Source: a virus. From it: a stretch of 64,000 nt of DNA. The notes below the pieces were generated by a model that saw only the letters and a program-made list of their open reading frames with translations, did no database searches and was not told where the DNA came from. The first letter of the stretch is position 1, and every line of letters starts with the position of its first letter. Both the position numbers and the translations under genes were made by a program. Positions 31,686 through 41,401 of this stretch are shown one piece after another. Location: positions 16,744-80,743 of the IMG/VR virus record IMGVR_UViG_3300044712_002699; one strand, 5' to 3'.

Positions 31686-31714
31686 ATAATACCAACCCAC
31701 ATAAACCTTGTCAA
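31686..31714 (-). promoter_or_regulatory. Sigma70-like promoter with extended -10
   Basis: Minus strand TTGACA-N17-TATTAT, preceded by TGG. Confidence 0.75.
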
Positions 31715-31724
31715 GAGAAAATTT

Positions 31725-32870
31725 TCAAGCCACTTTCAGATAATCCTTGTCGTGATAAAAACGAAGATGAATCTCCTCCATTGTTCTTCCAATCAAAACG
31801 CGGTCTGGATCGTTCCGCAGCTTAGATGCTTTCATCAACTGAGTCAACTCTTTATCCTCTTTTTCAGCAAACTCTACAAGTTCCGAATACGTCCACGTCC
31901 CGAAATAACGAATAGCCTTGAGTTCTTCAGCATCAGGTCGCTTAACCTGAACTTTACCGGTAGTTAGAATCTCTCTCGCCATTCTCATCAACTGAACAAG
32001 GCGGGCGGCGTGTTTGGTGTCGTACCCAAACTTAGCTTCGAGTTCTTTTCTCTTTGCGTTCCTCTCTTTAAGCCACCTCCGGTAACCTTCCCACATCTTC
32101 ACTGCCGCCCGATACGCCTTCTCTTTAGCGAGATACTCCATAAAATTCGTATCAAAATTCATGACTCGAAAGGCGGCTCGCTCCAGAATTGATTTGAGTT
32201 CCTTTATCTCAAGATCAACACCAATCTGATTCAAGACGATATTGGTCATGTCAATAATCTCAGGATAAAGCTTGATCTTCAAATCTTCAGGTAACTCGGT
32301 TTGATCGATAAGCCACTCCTCAACTATGAGTTCAAGAATCTTGTCCACCGCGTTGAGTTGGTCTTCAGGGAACTTATAGAGATGAAGTCCGTACTCCTCC
32401 CTGCTTGGCTCGTGGCTAGGCGGGTTTACAAGATATTGATAAGACGATTCAATACGTTTCAACTGCTGAACCGCGTAACCCGAAAACCGGTGCTTTAGAA
32501 CCTTACTCAAGAAAGATTCTCTAATATCAACGAGTTGTTTCCAATATGGAGTGGACAAAATCCAATCCGACTCCTCTGTAAAGAGAAGTTCAATAACATT
32601 CGGGTTTCCGTGAGCAGCAAGTTCAACAAACCGTTGCAGAGAATACACCTCCACGTCATCACTATCAACAGTGATAATTCCCTTATAGTACGTAGAGGTC
32701 TGCTTAGACTGCGCGTGTTGGAACCTATCGAGTCCAAAAATGTAGTTGAGTGGAGGGATCGCTACTCCCCTTAGGTCCGTATCACTCGTTTCGATGTTAG
32801 TGCCGTACGACTCGGAGCCAGCCCTAGTCATGTAGATAGTATTTTTAGCAATCCAATCCTTGATCTGCAT
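31725..32870 (-). CDS. Pol-beta superfamily nucleotidyltransferase (RlaP/Nuc-transf-like)
   Basis: GSESYGTNIETSDTDLRG (GS...DxD), GNPNVIELLF, GYDTKHAARLVQL. Probable start MQIKDW at 32870. Confidence 0.85.
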   Translation of the reverse strand: MQIKDWIAKNTIYMTRAGSESYGTNIETSDTDLRGVAIPPLNYIFGLDRFQHAQSKQTSTYYKGIITVDSDDVEVYSLQRFVELAAHGNPNVIELLFTEESDWILSTPYWKQLVDIRESFLSKVLKHRFSGYAVQQLKRIESSYQYLVNPPSHEPSREEYGLHLYKFPEDQLNAVDKILELIVEEWLIDQTELPEDLKIKLYPEIIDMTNIVLNQIGVDLEIKELKSILERAAFRVMNFDTNFMEYLAKEKAYRAAVKMWEGYRRWLKERNAKRKELEAKFGYDTKHAARLVQLMRMAREILTTGKVQVKRPDAEELKAIRYFGTWTYSELVEFAEKEDKELTQLMKASKLRNDPDRVLIGRTMEEIHLRFYHDKDYLKVA

Positions 32871-32874
32871 CGTC

Positions 32875-33345
32875 TCAATCCTTAAAAACAACTCCCTCTT
32901 TTCGGGGAGGTAACGGTACCACCGACCGCACATAGTCTTTTGCATCATCGAGGGAAATCCCCTCATCTTCTTTCAGCACATCATATTCCCATCCAATGCC
33001 CTTCTCGTGTCTAAGTCTATACGTCAGGTCTAACTCAGTCAGAATCCCCACTGCTTCATCGCTATTGGGATAGTAAAATTCTATCTCGATCCCCCCGTCT
33101 GTCAACGGATAGGCATCAGTCTTTAGGCCGAGGCTTACCCCAAATTCATGGAGCGCAATCGCTGAGTCTACGACGTGTTGAGGCGACGGATCACCATCTC
33201 CAAAATCCCACCCCTTTGGGTGGTTCTTGAATTCTTCTATCTTCTCGAGAGTCGATAGGCTAAAGTAGGGGTCACTTGTTATAATCTTATGAGCCTCGTC
33301 CCAGGTGATATCTTCACCGACCCTCAAACATTTCCATTTTGTCAT
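32875..33345 (-). CDS. Hypothetical protein (GWD...P...GG-I-x-I-E-F family)
   Basis: 156 aa with GAGG RBS. Contains PKGWDFGDGDP...YPLTDGGIEIEF. Confidence 0.65.
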   Translation of the reverse strand: MTKWKCLRVGEDITWDEAHKIITSDPYFSLSTLEKIEEFKNHPKGWDFGDGDPSPQHVVDSAIALHEFGVSLGLKTDAYPLTDGGIEIEFYYPNSDEAVGILTELDLTYRLRHEKGIGWEYDVLKEDEGISLDDAKDYVRSVVPLPPRKEGVVFKD

Positions 33346-33354
33346 AACAACCTC

Positions 33355-33558
33355 TCAGCCCTGAGGCCCCATCGCCCCCGGGGGACGCTTCCAACGGTAC
33401 CGCTCACATTCGACATACCCCTTCTTTCCGTTGGTATATTCACAAGATGGCTCATAGTTTAAACAAGAATCGACCGATTCACACGGAGATTTAGCCACAC
33501 CAATATCTACACGCTGAGAACGGTCTCTCTGTTTATGAATGTCCCTTAAACTTCCCAT
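33355..33558 (-). CDS. Small Cys-containing hypothetical protein with MGSLR N-terminus
   Basis: 67 aa, translationally coupled (TAATG), four Cys. Confidence 0.6.
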   Translation of the reverse strand: MGSLRDIHKQRDRSQRVDIGVAKSPCESVDSCLNYEPSCEYTNGKKGYVECERYRWKRPPGAMGPQG

Positions 33559-34217
33559 TATTCGCCAACGGCTCGCCTATCAATCTTTCCTCCCCAAGAC
33601 GTCTCCAGAAAATCTAGAGAATCGGAAAGGGAACCGTAGGCGTAATCGAGAACTTTATCAAGAATCCCATCTCGTGTCAAGTCAATTCCGAGCAGATCAA
33701 ATTTTTCCAGAGTGCCAGAACTAATCCTAAAAGGATCGGGCTGTTCCTGAGCAGCCTCCTCTGCGCGCATCCCTGCTTGCAGATCATACTTTTTAGACAA
33801 AGCCCGTGCTATCTGAGGGTCACAGATAAATGAGAGAGATGACTTGTCAGGAGAGTACGCCTCGACTGGGAAATAGTGTGGATAAGAACTATCCAGTCCC
33901 ATCTCCCTCATCTGAGCGACGAATGATGTATGGACGTAACCGTACTTCGAGGCAGCGTTGCTGAACCGATAGAGTTTGGCACGATCTTTCCGGCTGATAT
34001 CCCCAAATTTGAGTGTGACTCGGTAAGACTCCGGAGAACAGAATATCTTAGCAACCGTAGCCTCATCGCTGACGAGGCCGACCCTCTCAAGATTGTGAGC
34101 AAAAACCACAAGTTTGATAGAGTCTGTCTCTGTGTTTCCATAGACCGCGACACAGTCCAATTTCTGTTCGATGATTCTAGCGATTCCAGGATAAAGATCT
34201 ACTAGCGTCTTAGCCAT
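33558..34217 (-). CDS. Hypothetical protein
   Basis: Start MAKTLV at 34217 overlaps the upstream TGA. GGAGG RBS. Confidence 0.65.
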   Translation of the reverse strand: MAKTLVDLYPGIARIIEQKLDCVAVYGNTETDSIKLVVFAHNLERVGLVSDEATVAKIFCSPESYRVTLKFGDISRKDRAKLYRFSNAASKYGYVHTSFVAQMREMGLDSSYPHYFPVEAYSPDKSSLSFICDPQIARALSKKYDLQAGMRAEEAAQEQPDPFRISSGTLEKFDLLGIDLTRDGILDKVLDYAYGSLSDSLDFLETSWGGKIDRRAVGE

Positions 34218-34702
34218 CACTTCCTCCAAGGTATTAAGACTTGCCCCAACTTGAACGCGTTCTTCAGATACTCATACGCATCATTAAGAAGACCTTGTTT
34301 GGGAACAGGGCGGTTTCGATAGTTCCAACTAGGTTCGCACTCTTTTTTATTCTGAGGACACTCAGGCCCGCACGTCCCTGTTCCGGGGTGACACTGCCAA
34401 GGCTGCGGTAGGTTCGGTTGGGATACTACATTGTGAGTATGATTTGCCCTCGCGGCTGACGGGGCTGAGCCCTGCCAACCAGGCCCAGACACTACAGGCC
34501 CACTACCTTTAGCGCCGCGAGGACCTGTTGGCGTAGCGGGAGGTCCCACGTAAGGCTTACCTGCAGGTCCGGTGGGGCCGAAGACGACATTGACTGGGCC
34601 TGTCATACCCCAAGGAGTATGGACTGCTTCTTCAGGCTCAGGGACATACTTAGGAACGAACGAACTATGCGCTTCTCTACGAATATCTCTTAGACTGCCC
34701 AT
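34217..34702 (-). CDS. Pro/Gly-rich hypothetical protein with MGSLR N-terminus and a Cys cluster
   Basis: 161 aa, downstream of a TTGACA promoter at 34769. Confidence 0.6.
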   Translation of the reverse strand: MGSLRDIRREAHSSFVPKYVPEPEEAVHTPWGMTGPVNVVFGPTGPAGKPYVGPPATPTGPRGAKGSGPVVSGPGWQGSAPSAARANHTHNVVSQPNLPQPWQCHPGTGTCGPECPQNKKECEPSWNYRNRPVPKQGLLNDAYEYLKNAFKLGQVLIPWRK

Positions 34703-34740
34703 ACTATTCCTATGCTTGAATTATATAGATGTGTAGAGAT

Positions 34741-34769
34741 ACATTACACCACGAGAGGAAAAATGTCAA
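34741..34769 (-). promoter_or_regulatory. Sigma70-like promoter
   Basis: Minus strand TTGACA-N17-TAATGT. Confidence 0.6.
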
Positions 34770-34781
34770 GCCTAACAGCGG

Positions 34782-37700
34782 TTAGTGCGCTCCCGCTTTC
34801 TGGAGGAGGGAAAGGAGACGCGGCGCGCCTATATTCTGAGCAAGTTCTAGGAGAGAAGCACCAGATTTCATTTTCGGGTTGGGGTTTGCTCCTTTATCAA
34901 GGAGATACTGAGCAACTTTGAACTTACCAAGACTCACAGCATACCAAAGAGGTGTTCTACCGTCATCGTCCGAGGCTTCTATATCAGATCCATTCGAGAG
35001 GAACAAATCTATTACTTGAAGGGCCTCGGGTTTCTTACTCTCTATTGCTCTCATAAGGGCTGTCTTACCAGTGGAAGTCCTCTCCTGAACATCTCCGCTT
35101 GCTCCGTGCTTGGCAAGGTACATAACAAGTTCGAGGTCTTTCCTGGCATCAAAAGCAGCAATAAGGAGAGGATCGCCATCCTTGGTGTACGCATAGTCTG
35201 CGCTTGCTCCGTATTGGAAAAGGAGATCGGCTAATTTGTAATCAGATACGGTAACCTGCCCTCTTCTATACTGCCACTGGCTTACAAGAAGAGCAGGAAT
35301 AAGGGCAGTCTCTTTAGAATCGTTCTGATCGTTAGGATCTTCCCCTTCCTTCAAGATATACTTGATTGTGGCAAGAACCTTGTTCTTATCAATCTTTTCT
35401 CTCTCAGCATACCACTGATCTCGGTGAAACTGCCGGATAAGATGCATTAACAAGGTATCACCATAATCGCCTATCCTGTTTTCAAGGTGCGCTCCGTTGT
35501 TTAACAATTCATCTGCGATATCGAGGTCACCCTGAAGAAGTGCATGAACAATCAGAGTATTCCCGTCGTCTAGTTCGATATCAGGATCAATACCATCATC
35601 CATAGCCTTCTTCACAGTCGTAAGATCGTGATTAATAACCGCATCCACAAGCATTACTTCCTGAGGAAGGTTGAGGCGATGAGTCACTTCGTTATCAAAC
35701 ATCACGCTCTTAGCATTGAGAAGTTCCTTCTCATCGATTTCCTTGAAAACACCAGCGGTCTTCGCCTTCTTAAGAAAATCCAAGACATAGTGATGAAAAT
35801 CATCGTCAACAAGACCATCGCCTCGACCGCGTATTGCAGTAATTTTCTTAGACTGCTGGTTGAGAAAAATTATAACCTGACCTCTGTCCTGTCTGTCTCT
35901 GAGACAATAGATAACAAGCTTCTTATTCGCAACATCCTCTTCATGTTTATTGAGTTGTTCATCCTCTTTCTCATCACTGCTGCTGTAATAGCTGCTATAA
36001 GATGAAGATTTTATTCTGACCTTCATCTCCTTGAGAGCAGATTTAATTTCCAATCCACTGTTCAGGATTTCCCACTGAAACCCGTTGGGGTAGTCCTTGA
36101 GGGGGATGCGCCCGATTATCTCGGAAGAATGAATGTCCCTATCGACTCGAGTATCACCTACCTTCATTGCATTGAGAGACTTCTCATATATACCAAAATC
36201 TTTTACGCCGAGTTTCTTAAGAAGAGCATAGAAATATCCTCTGTCTTGGGAGCGTATCACATCCCCATATCCAGCTTCTTTTCCATCTTCGCCGATCCCG
36301 GCTATTCCATCTATTCTGTACTTGGAAACGTCACCGTAATCCGAGCCGTATGTGGATAGACCTAACGCTCCGATAACCGATGATCCATCCTTGAGAGCAT
36401 AGATAAAGTCTTTTCCCGAAGTAATATCTCTCAAATTACTCCCATTGGCTTTGAACTTATAATCATCCTTAAGGGTCTTACATATCTCGCTTAGTTGACT
36501 CACTGTATAAACAGGGTACCACGCAAGCCCACCTGAGAAAGTTAAGACCGGGTCCGGGTCTCCAACGATGTCTTCATAATTTTCATAGGAAAGATAGGAG
36601 CCTTTGAAGTAAATAGACCCAATCGCGTCGAGATAACTTCCATCGATTTGTGTGATGTGTTGGTTATTCAAAAACTCAATAACGTAAGGTTTGAAACTAT
36701 CTTCAACGTCTCCGCCAAGCTCCAGACCTCGGAGATACTCTACCTTAGAGCCATTAACTATTGCAATAACTCGAGAAGATTCTCCCGAGTCTCTCAAGCT
36801 GTAGAAATTGCCCTTACTTATCGAATTCGAAAGCGACCATGAATCTGTCTTGCCTTTATAAGGAATTATTTCTAGGTCTATTTCGTCCTTGTTTTTAAGG
36901 TAAATCCACCTGATTCCGCTGGGCCAACTCATAACGTCCGGCACATCAAGAAGGCGAGCCCCCGCCTCTTCAGGAGTATGAAGTTCTCCATTGATCAGAT
37001 AACCGCCAATATTTTCATATTCCTTGCTGCGATTATACTGGTCGGAATACGTGAGGTAACCTTCCTCTTCCTTAATACTTTTCAAAACATCATAACAATA
37101 AGACCAGTACTTCGTTTCTACCTTTCCCCCAGTATCTAAACCGCGGATAATGGTTACTGTTCCACTATGATTTATGAGGATCACTGCGCGGGGGTTGCTT
37201 CCGGAGTCCTCAAGAACCATTAACTTCGATCCACCATTAATAAGGCTATATTCCAGACGTAATAGGTCAACACCAAATGTCTGACGTACCTCTGAAATGT
37301 CTTCTTCGAGGAACAGATTAATCCACCTCAAACCATTACCGTATGATTTCCTAACCAAACTCTCCGCCGTAGTAATTTGCCTAAACTCATCCCGACTCAT
37401 TACTCTGTCTTGATAGAGAACTGCCCCAACTGCGACAAGTAGTTCCGAATGTTCCTCAAGTCTGGATTGATAAAGTTCGTTCAATAAATCGTAACAGGGA
37501 GGCCAATATTGCTCTCTAACCATATTGCCAACATTAGACGTCACCGAGGTTTTAATATCCTGACGAATATCTCTACCGTCACCGCCGATGTTGGTGGGAT
37601 AAGTTTTATTTACTGCAATCAAGGCTCTAGTCTGGCCCGAAGAATCTTTCAAGAGGTAGGTTCTGGGTTTGTCAGGATCTCCGACTATCAGTTTACTTTC

Positions 37701-39248
37701 ATACCGATCCATACCATATCCTGCTTCAGAAATACCTACGGCATCGAACCCTTCCTCAAGTTCTTCCTGAAGTACGGCGAGTGTCCACTCTAATCCCCCC
37801 GGATAGGTACGTTTTGGTTCTCTTTCCTTCATCAAATTTGAAAATTCTTCTCTCGTCAAAAGATTATTCTCGTAGTAAAGAACCCCAAGAGCCTGCAAAG
37901 TATCCGAATGGTATCCGATAGTGCCCTTCTTGCTGAGGTCGCTTAACAAATCGAAACAGTATTTCCTCACCTCTTCCGAGAATGAAGTTTGATTGTTGTA
38001 GTACCCCCGAGTACCTAGCGTGGCCGATCCGTCACTCACAAAATCAAGTCTGTTTCCCGACACGCCAACTAGAACACGGGTCTTTTCAGAGGTGTCACGT
38101 AACACGTAGAGGCTATTGGAAGTTTTTCCACCAAGAAGGTCATCCTCGAGACGACTGTATGAATAAGGCACAGAAAGATTAATATCTGTAAAGGAAGCAG
38201 TCACATCATCCTGAACTATCACAGACCTCCACTGAAACCTATTGGGGTATTCGAGCAGAGGCTTTTGATTTCGAAGCTCGGCAAGATAATCATCTCGCTT
38301 CATAATCTCGCCATTGTAAAAGACTCCTCCTACATTACCAAGCTCCCGGACATTACTTATCCATCCCTCTTTCTTTCCTTGTCTAAGAAAACTAATTACA
38401 TAGTCGTGATATCTTTCAACAACCGCTTGGTTTCCCTTACCCTTAATCTGGTTGACATCTCTGCCCCGAACTTCTATCGTGACGTGAGGCTCATTCTTCT
38501 CGTCTCTGAGGCTATAAATGATACACTGCTTCGCCTCTACTTGAGACGCATAAGAACCGACACAGTGACCCATCTGAGAGCCTTCTCGGTTTAGGGCATC
38601 TTCCGAAGTTACTTCAACCCACCGATAGCCATTCCCATAGACCTTTATTGTTGTAGTACCTGGTTCGTCTACGGTTTCCGCAGCACCGCCAGCCTTCGAT
38701 TGATTGATAAGCCAAGAAGTCCACTGCTCTGATTTCTTGATAGCTTCAGGAACAGAGATTCGAGTCAAATCATTTACTTTGAGGTCACGTAAAATAGTAT
38801 CTGGATGCTCCAGCATATAATTGAAGTAGTCCACAACATGAGTGACTTTCTCCGTAAAATCCTCTGATTCTACCCCGTTTACATCTACAATAAAGATTTC
38901 TTCTCCCCTCTGAAGTGCAGCATCCATCCAGGCTTGATAATCCCTCGAAGTAGGATCGGGTAACTTAGTCACTTGGTCGGCTTCGGGGTAGTCGTTGATG
39001 AGGAACTTTCTAAGATTGGATTGGAGCCACTTATTTATCTCGGGAAACTGAGCCTGTGCGGTGAACTGTTTGACATATTCATCTATCTCCCACACGTTCG
39101 CGACATTCCTCTCATTGAGAGGCATCACAACATTAAGGGCTTCCAATAAGCCAACAGCGCTAATTAAAGTTCCAGGCAGAACGGGTCTTCGAGCCACAAC
39201 TCCTCCAACAGAGTCTAGCGTTTCAAAAATCTGCCTAGATTTTATCAT
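34782..39248 (-). CDS. PcfJ-like tandem-domain protein with C-terminal ankyrin repeats (1488 aa)
   Basis: REGSQMGHCVGSY...YSLRD...PHVTIEV...QIKGKGN (PcfJ-like) followed by six degenerate copies. C-terminal ankyrin motifs GNTLIVHA, GDTLLMHL, GKTALMRA, GRTPLWYAV...LLDKGANPN. Confidence 0.85.
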   Translation of the reverse strand: MIKSRQIFETLDSVGGVVARRPVLPGTLISAVGLLEALNVVMPLNERNVANVWEIDEYVKQFTAQAQFPEINKWLQSNLRKFLINDYPEADQVTKLPDPTSRDYQAWMDAALQRGEEIFIVDVNGVESEDFTEKVTHVVDYFNYMLEHPDTILRDLKVNDLTRISVPEAIKKSEQWTSWLINQSKAGGAAETVDEPGTTTIKVYGNGYRWVEVTSEDALNREGSQMGHCVGSYASQVEAKQCIIYSLRDEKNEPHVTIEVRGRDVNQIKGKGNQAVVERYHDYVISFLRQGKKEGWISNVRELGNVGGVFYNGEIMKRDDYLAELRNQKPLLEYPNRFQWRSVIVQDDVTASFTDINLSVPYSYSRLEDDLLGGKTSNSLYVLRDTSEKTRVLVGVSGNRLDFVSDGSATLGTRGYYNNQTSFSEEVRKYCFDLLSDLSKKGTIGYHSDTLQALGVLYYENNLLTREEFSNLMKEREPKRTYPGGLEWTLAVLQEELEEGFDAVGISEAGYGMDRYESKLIVGDPDKPRTYLLKDSSGQTRALIAVNKTYPTNIGGDGRDIRQDIKTSVTSNVGNMVREQYWPPCYDLLNELYQSRLEEHSELLVAVGAVLYQDRVMSRDEFRQITTAESLVRKSYGNGLRWINLFLEEDISEVRQTFGVDLLRLEYSLINGGSKLMVLEDSGSNPRAVILINHSGTVTIIRGLDTGGKVETKYWSYCYDVLKSIKEEEGYLTYSDQYNRSKEYENIGGYLINGELHTPEEAGARLLDVPDVMSWPSGIRWIYLKNKDEIDLEIIPYKGKTDSWSLSNSISKGNFYSLRDSGESSRVIAIVNGSKVEYLRGLELGGDVEDSFKPYVIEFLNNQHITQIDGSYLDAIGSIYFKGSYLSYENYEDIVGDPDPVLTFSGGLAWYPVYTVSQLSEICKTLKDDYKFKANGSNLRDITSGKDFIYALKDGSSVIGALGLSTYGSDYGDVSKYRIDGIAGIGEDGKEAGYGDVIRSQDRGYFYALLKKLGVKDFGIYEKSLNAMKVGDTRVDRDIHSSEIIGRIPLKDYPNGFQWEILNSGLEIKSALKEMKVRIKSSSYSSYYSSSDEKEDEQLNKHEEDVANKKLVIYCLRDRQDRGQVIIFLNQQSKKITAIRGRGDGLVDDDFHHYVLDFLKKAKTAGVFKEIDEKELLNAKSVMFDNEVTHRLNLPQEVMLVDAVINHDLTTVKKAMDDGIDPDIELDDGNTLIVHALLQGDLDIADELLNNGAHLENRIGDYGDTLLMHLIRQFHRDQWYAEREKIDKNKVLATIKYILKEGEDPNDQNDSKETALIPALLVSQWQYRRGQVTVSDYKLADLLFQYGASADYAYTKDGDPLLIAAFDARKDLELVMYLAKHGASGDVQERTSTGKTALMRAIESKKPEALQVIDLFLSNGSDIEASDDDGRTPLWYAVSLGKFKVAQYLLDKGANPNPKMKSGASLLELAQNIGAPRLLSLLQKAGAH

Positions 39249-39329
39249 ATATTTCTCACTTTGTCAAGTAAATTCTTGTGCAGGATGAATCAAAAGAAAA
39301 ACAAAGAGGAGGATAAAAAAGTTGAAGAG

Positions 39330-40073
39330 TTAACGCGGCTTCTTTTGGAACGGTCTCTTCGGAGGGGGTTGACTCTTACCCGAGCGCGGTGATCGACCAG
39401 ATGAAAAGGAGCCGCCCCTAGACATTCCCTGTTCTGGTCTCTTTTCACCTCGAAAACTCAAACCTCGGTACATCTCTTCTGTGAGACACCTCAAAACGTT
39501 CTCCCTCCCATAGACTTGCTCGACTTGCCTTAGAAGAATCATCATCGGGATATCGTCTTGATTCCTCTCAATGAATGCCGCCGAATCGATTGAGGCATCA
39601 GGCTCGGAATAATCCCCTTCCGAAATAGAAGGAACTTTTTTATCTGATTCTTTTGCCAGTTTCCGCTCCCACAACCAGTTTTTAAGTTCAGTATCAGTCC
39701 TGCCTTTACAGGAACTCATAGCGACCGGTATATCCTCATTATCGAGCCACCCCAACTCAGCAAAAGAAGCAAGGATTTGAATCTTAGAGAACCCTATCTT
39801 AGATATATCCCTACTACTCAATCCTTGTTTTTTTATAAAATCTCCTACCTTTAGACACGTCTCTGCCGTCTCGAATCCGCAGGAAAGGTTTCGCTCTACC
39901 ATATCTCTAAGATCATTATAACCCAAGGTAGAAAGAGTCGGTTTGCCCGATCCGTTGTTAGATTGGCAGAGACGCGTAAGTATATCGGACATTACCGTCT
40001 TATACTTCGCGGCAAGCGAGTCAGCCTCCAAGAGATCCTTCAACAAGGTCTCTGTCTCATTATTGTTTGTCAT
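39330..40073 (-). CDS. Hypothetical protein with basic C-terminus
   Basis: 247 aa ORF, no recognised motif. Confidence 0.6.
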   Translation of the reverse strand: MTNNNETETLLKDLLEADSLAAKYKTVMSDILTRLCQSNNGSGKPTLSTLGYNDLRDMVERNLSCGFETAETCLKVGDFIKKQGLSSRDISKIGFSKIQILASFAELGWLDNEDIPVAMSSCKGRTDTELKNWLWERKLAKESDKKVPSISEGDYSEPDASIDSAAFIERNQDDIPMMILLRQVEQVYGRENVLRCLTEEMYRGLSFRGEKRPEQGMSRGGSFSSGRSPRSGKSQPPPKRPFQKKPR

Positions 40074-40108
40074 CTGATTCCAGTGGTTAGATATGAGGGT
40101 GCAGTCTA

Positions 40109-40441
40109 TCAGTGTCTATGCTTAATCCCAAAATCAATTTCGAGTTGTTTCAAATCAATAGCCCAATGTTTCACGCTGTGGTGGAGATTGTCTACAGAAA
40201 TACGGGTGAGCATCTCATCCCATGTCTCTTCTTCAATAGTATCTTTTGCTTCTTTTAAACCAGCGCCGGAGACTTGCCGGAGCAATTTTATAGCGAGTAT
40301 TTTCCTGTTTTTACGTTTATACAACGTTTCTAAGAGCAGACTAATTCGATCCCTGATGCTGTTCCACTCTTCGATCTCGGCCTGAAGCCTCACCTGCTCC
40401 TCTTGATATGCTTTAGTAGCCAAAGTTCGTAGCGAACCCAA
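40109..40441 (-). CDS. Protein with a ribosomal protein L7/L12 C-terminal-like motif and MGSLR N-terminus
   Basis: KILAIKLLRQVSGAGLKEAKDTIEE matches the bL12 CTD signature K.I..IK..R...G.GLKEAK..VE. TTG start with GGAG RBS. Confidence 0.75.
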   Translation of the reverse strand: MGSLRTLATKAYQEEQVRLQAEIEEWNSIRDRISLLLETLYKRKNRKILAIKLLRQVSGAGLKEAKDTIEEETWDEMLTRISVDNLHHSVKHWAIDLKQLEIDFGIKHRH

Positions 40442-40455
40442 AAACTCTCTCCGTT

Positions 40456-40812
40456 CTACTTAGACGCGTGAAACTCAATGAGAGGAAAAACCTTAACAGG
40501 AATTTCAGCCTCGATACCTTTTCCTCGACCCATAATAATATCAGACTCTGATGCGTAAGTAAACGTATAATCCGGCCACTTGTCAAATTTTTTCTTTCCA
40601 AAGGGCATAGGAGGAGGGCCAACATTCGTTCCGGGTGGAAGAAAAATCTCTTCATTATCGACACAGAAATGGACTCCTTCTTCTATACCCAGAGCAGTCA
40701 AAAACTGTATCAAATCCTCTTTTATCACGCGGGTATCGGGAATGGTTGGATCCATGTCATCTCCAGATGCTTCATATAGTAAAATTTCGATTTGTTCGCT
40801 GATACTAAACAC
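40456..40812 (-). CDS. Hypothetical protein
   Basis: 118 aa in operon. N-terminal ILLYE|A is a possible cleavage site. Confidence 0.55.
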   Translation of the reverse strand: MFSISEQIEILLYEASGDDMDPTIPDTRVIKEDLIQFLTALGIEEGVHFCVDNEEIFLPPGTNVGPPPMPFGKKKFDKWPDYTFTYASESDIIMGRGKGIEAEIPVKVFPLIEFHASK

Positions 40813-40825
40813 GTCGTGGGATCTC

Positions 40826-41401
40826 TTAGTTTGAGGAAAATGTCTTTATATGATGAAGTCTACGCGCAGCAGCGAGCCCCATTTTCTGTTGCTCTCCCAA
40901 TCGCCTGTTTCTTTTCTGATGAGTCACGACACTGATTTTTCTATTGCCCTTCATAGTAAAGGCTTCATCAAGCAACGATTTGGTTAAACCGCATGTCCCG
41001 CTCTCTTTCACTTCTTGGTAGTCAACCTTTCCAGCACTCATTAAGTTGGTAAGAACCGCCTTCCTTAACCACCGACCGTCTCCAAATACGACTCTATCTC
41101 TATTAATCGGCATAACACCTTCCAGATCGATCCAACCCATTTCATCGTCTGTAAGGGGGTTAAGGATAGAACACCCAGGAACTTCGTCCTGATAGGTTAA
41201 TATTGCGTCAATACTATCACCTTCTTGGTCAGTTAGATTAATAAAAACGTCACCCGTAGTCTCATCACAATAAGCATAAGAATCACTAACCACAAGATTA
41301 TACCTAGAGAGGAGACGCGTTAGAACATCGGAACAGTCTGTCAAGTCGTAGTTAAGACTACAAACGCGAGCCATAGGATTGCCAAGTGCTCCAAAAGACA
41401 T
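40826..41401 (-). CDS. Hypothetical protein, possibly prohead-core-like (acidic N-terminal part, LLDE|A, basic C-terminus)
   Basis: 191 aa with SLLDEAF...KRNRRLGEQQKMGLAAARRLHH. The functional call is weak. Confidence 0.5.
   Translation of the reverse strand: MSFGALGNPMARVCSLNYDLTDCSDVLTRLLSRYNLVVSDSYAYCDETTGDVFINLTDQEGDSIDAILTYQDEVPGCSILNPLTDDEMGWIDLEGVMPINRDRVVFGDGRWLRKAVLTNLMSAGKVDYQEVKESGTCGLTKSLLDEAFTMKGNRKISVVTHQKRNRRLGEQQKMGLAAARRLHHIKTFSSN

Noticed and set aside
34480-34610. Collagen-like Gly-X-Y in 34217..34702
   Set aside because: Only a few interrupted triplets (GPTGPAGKP, GPRGAKGSGP), too short for a collagen helix call.
39262-39267. Minus-strand TTGACA before the PcfJ/ankyrin gene
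   Set aside because: Only 13 bp from the ATG, so a -10 element would fall inside the coding sequence.
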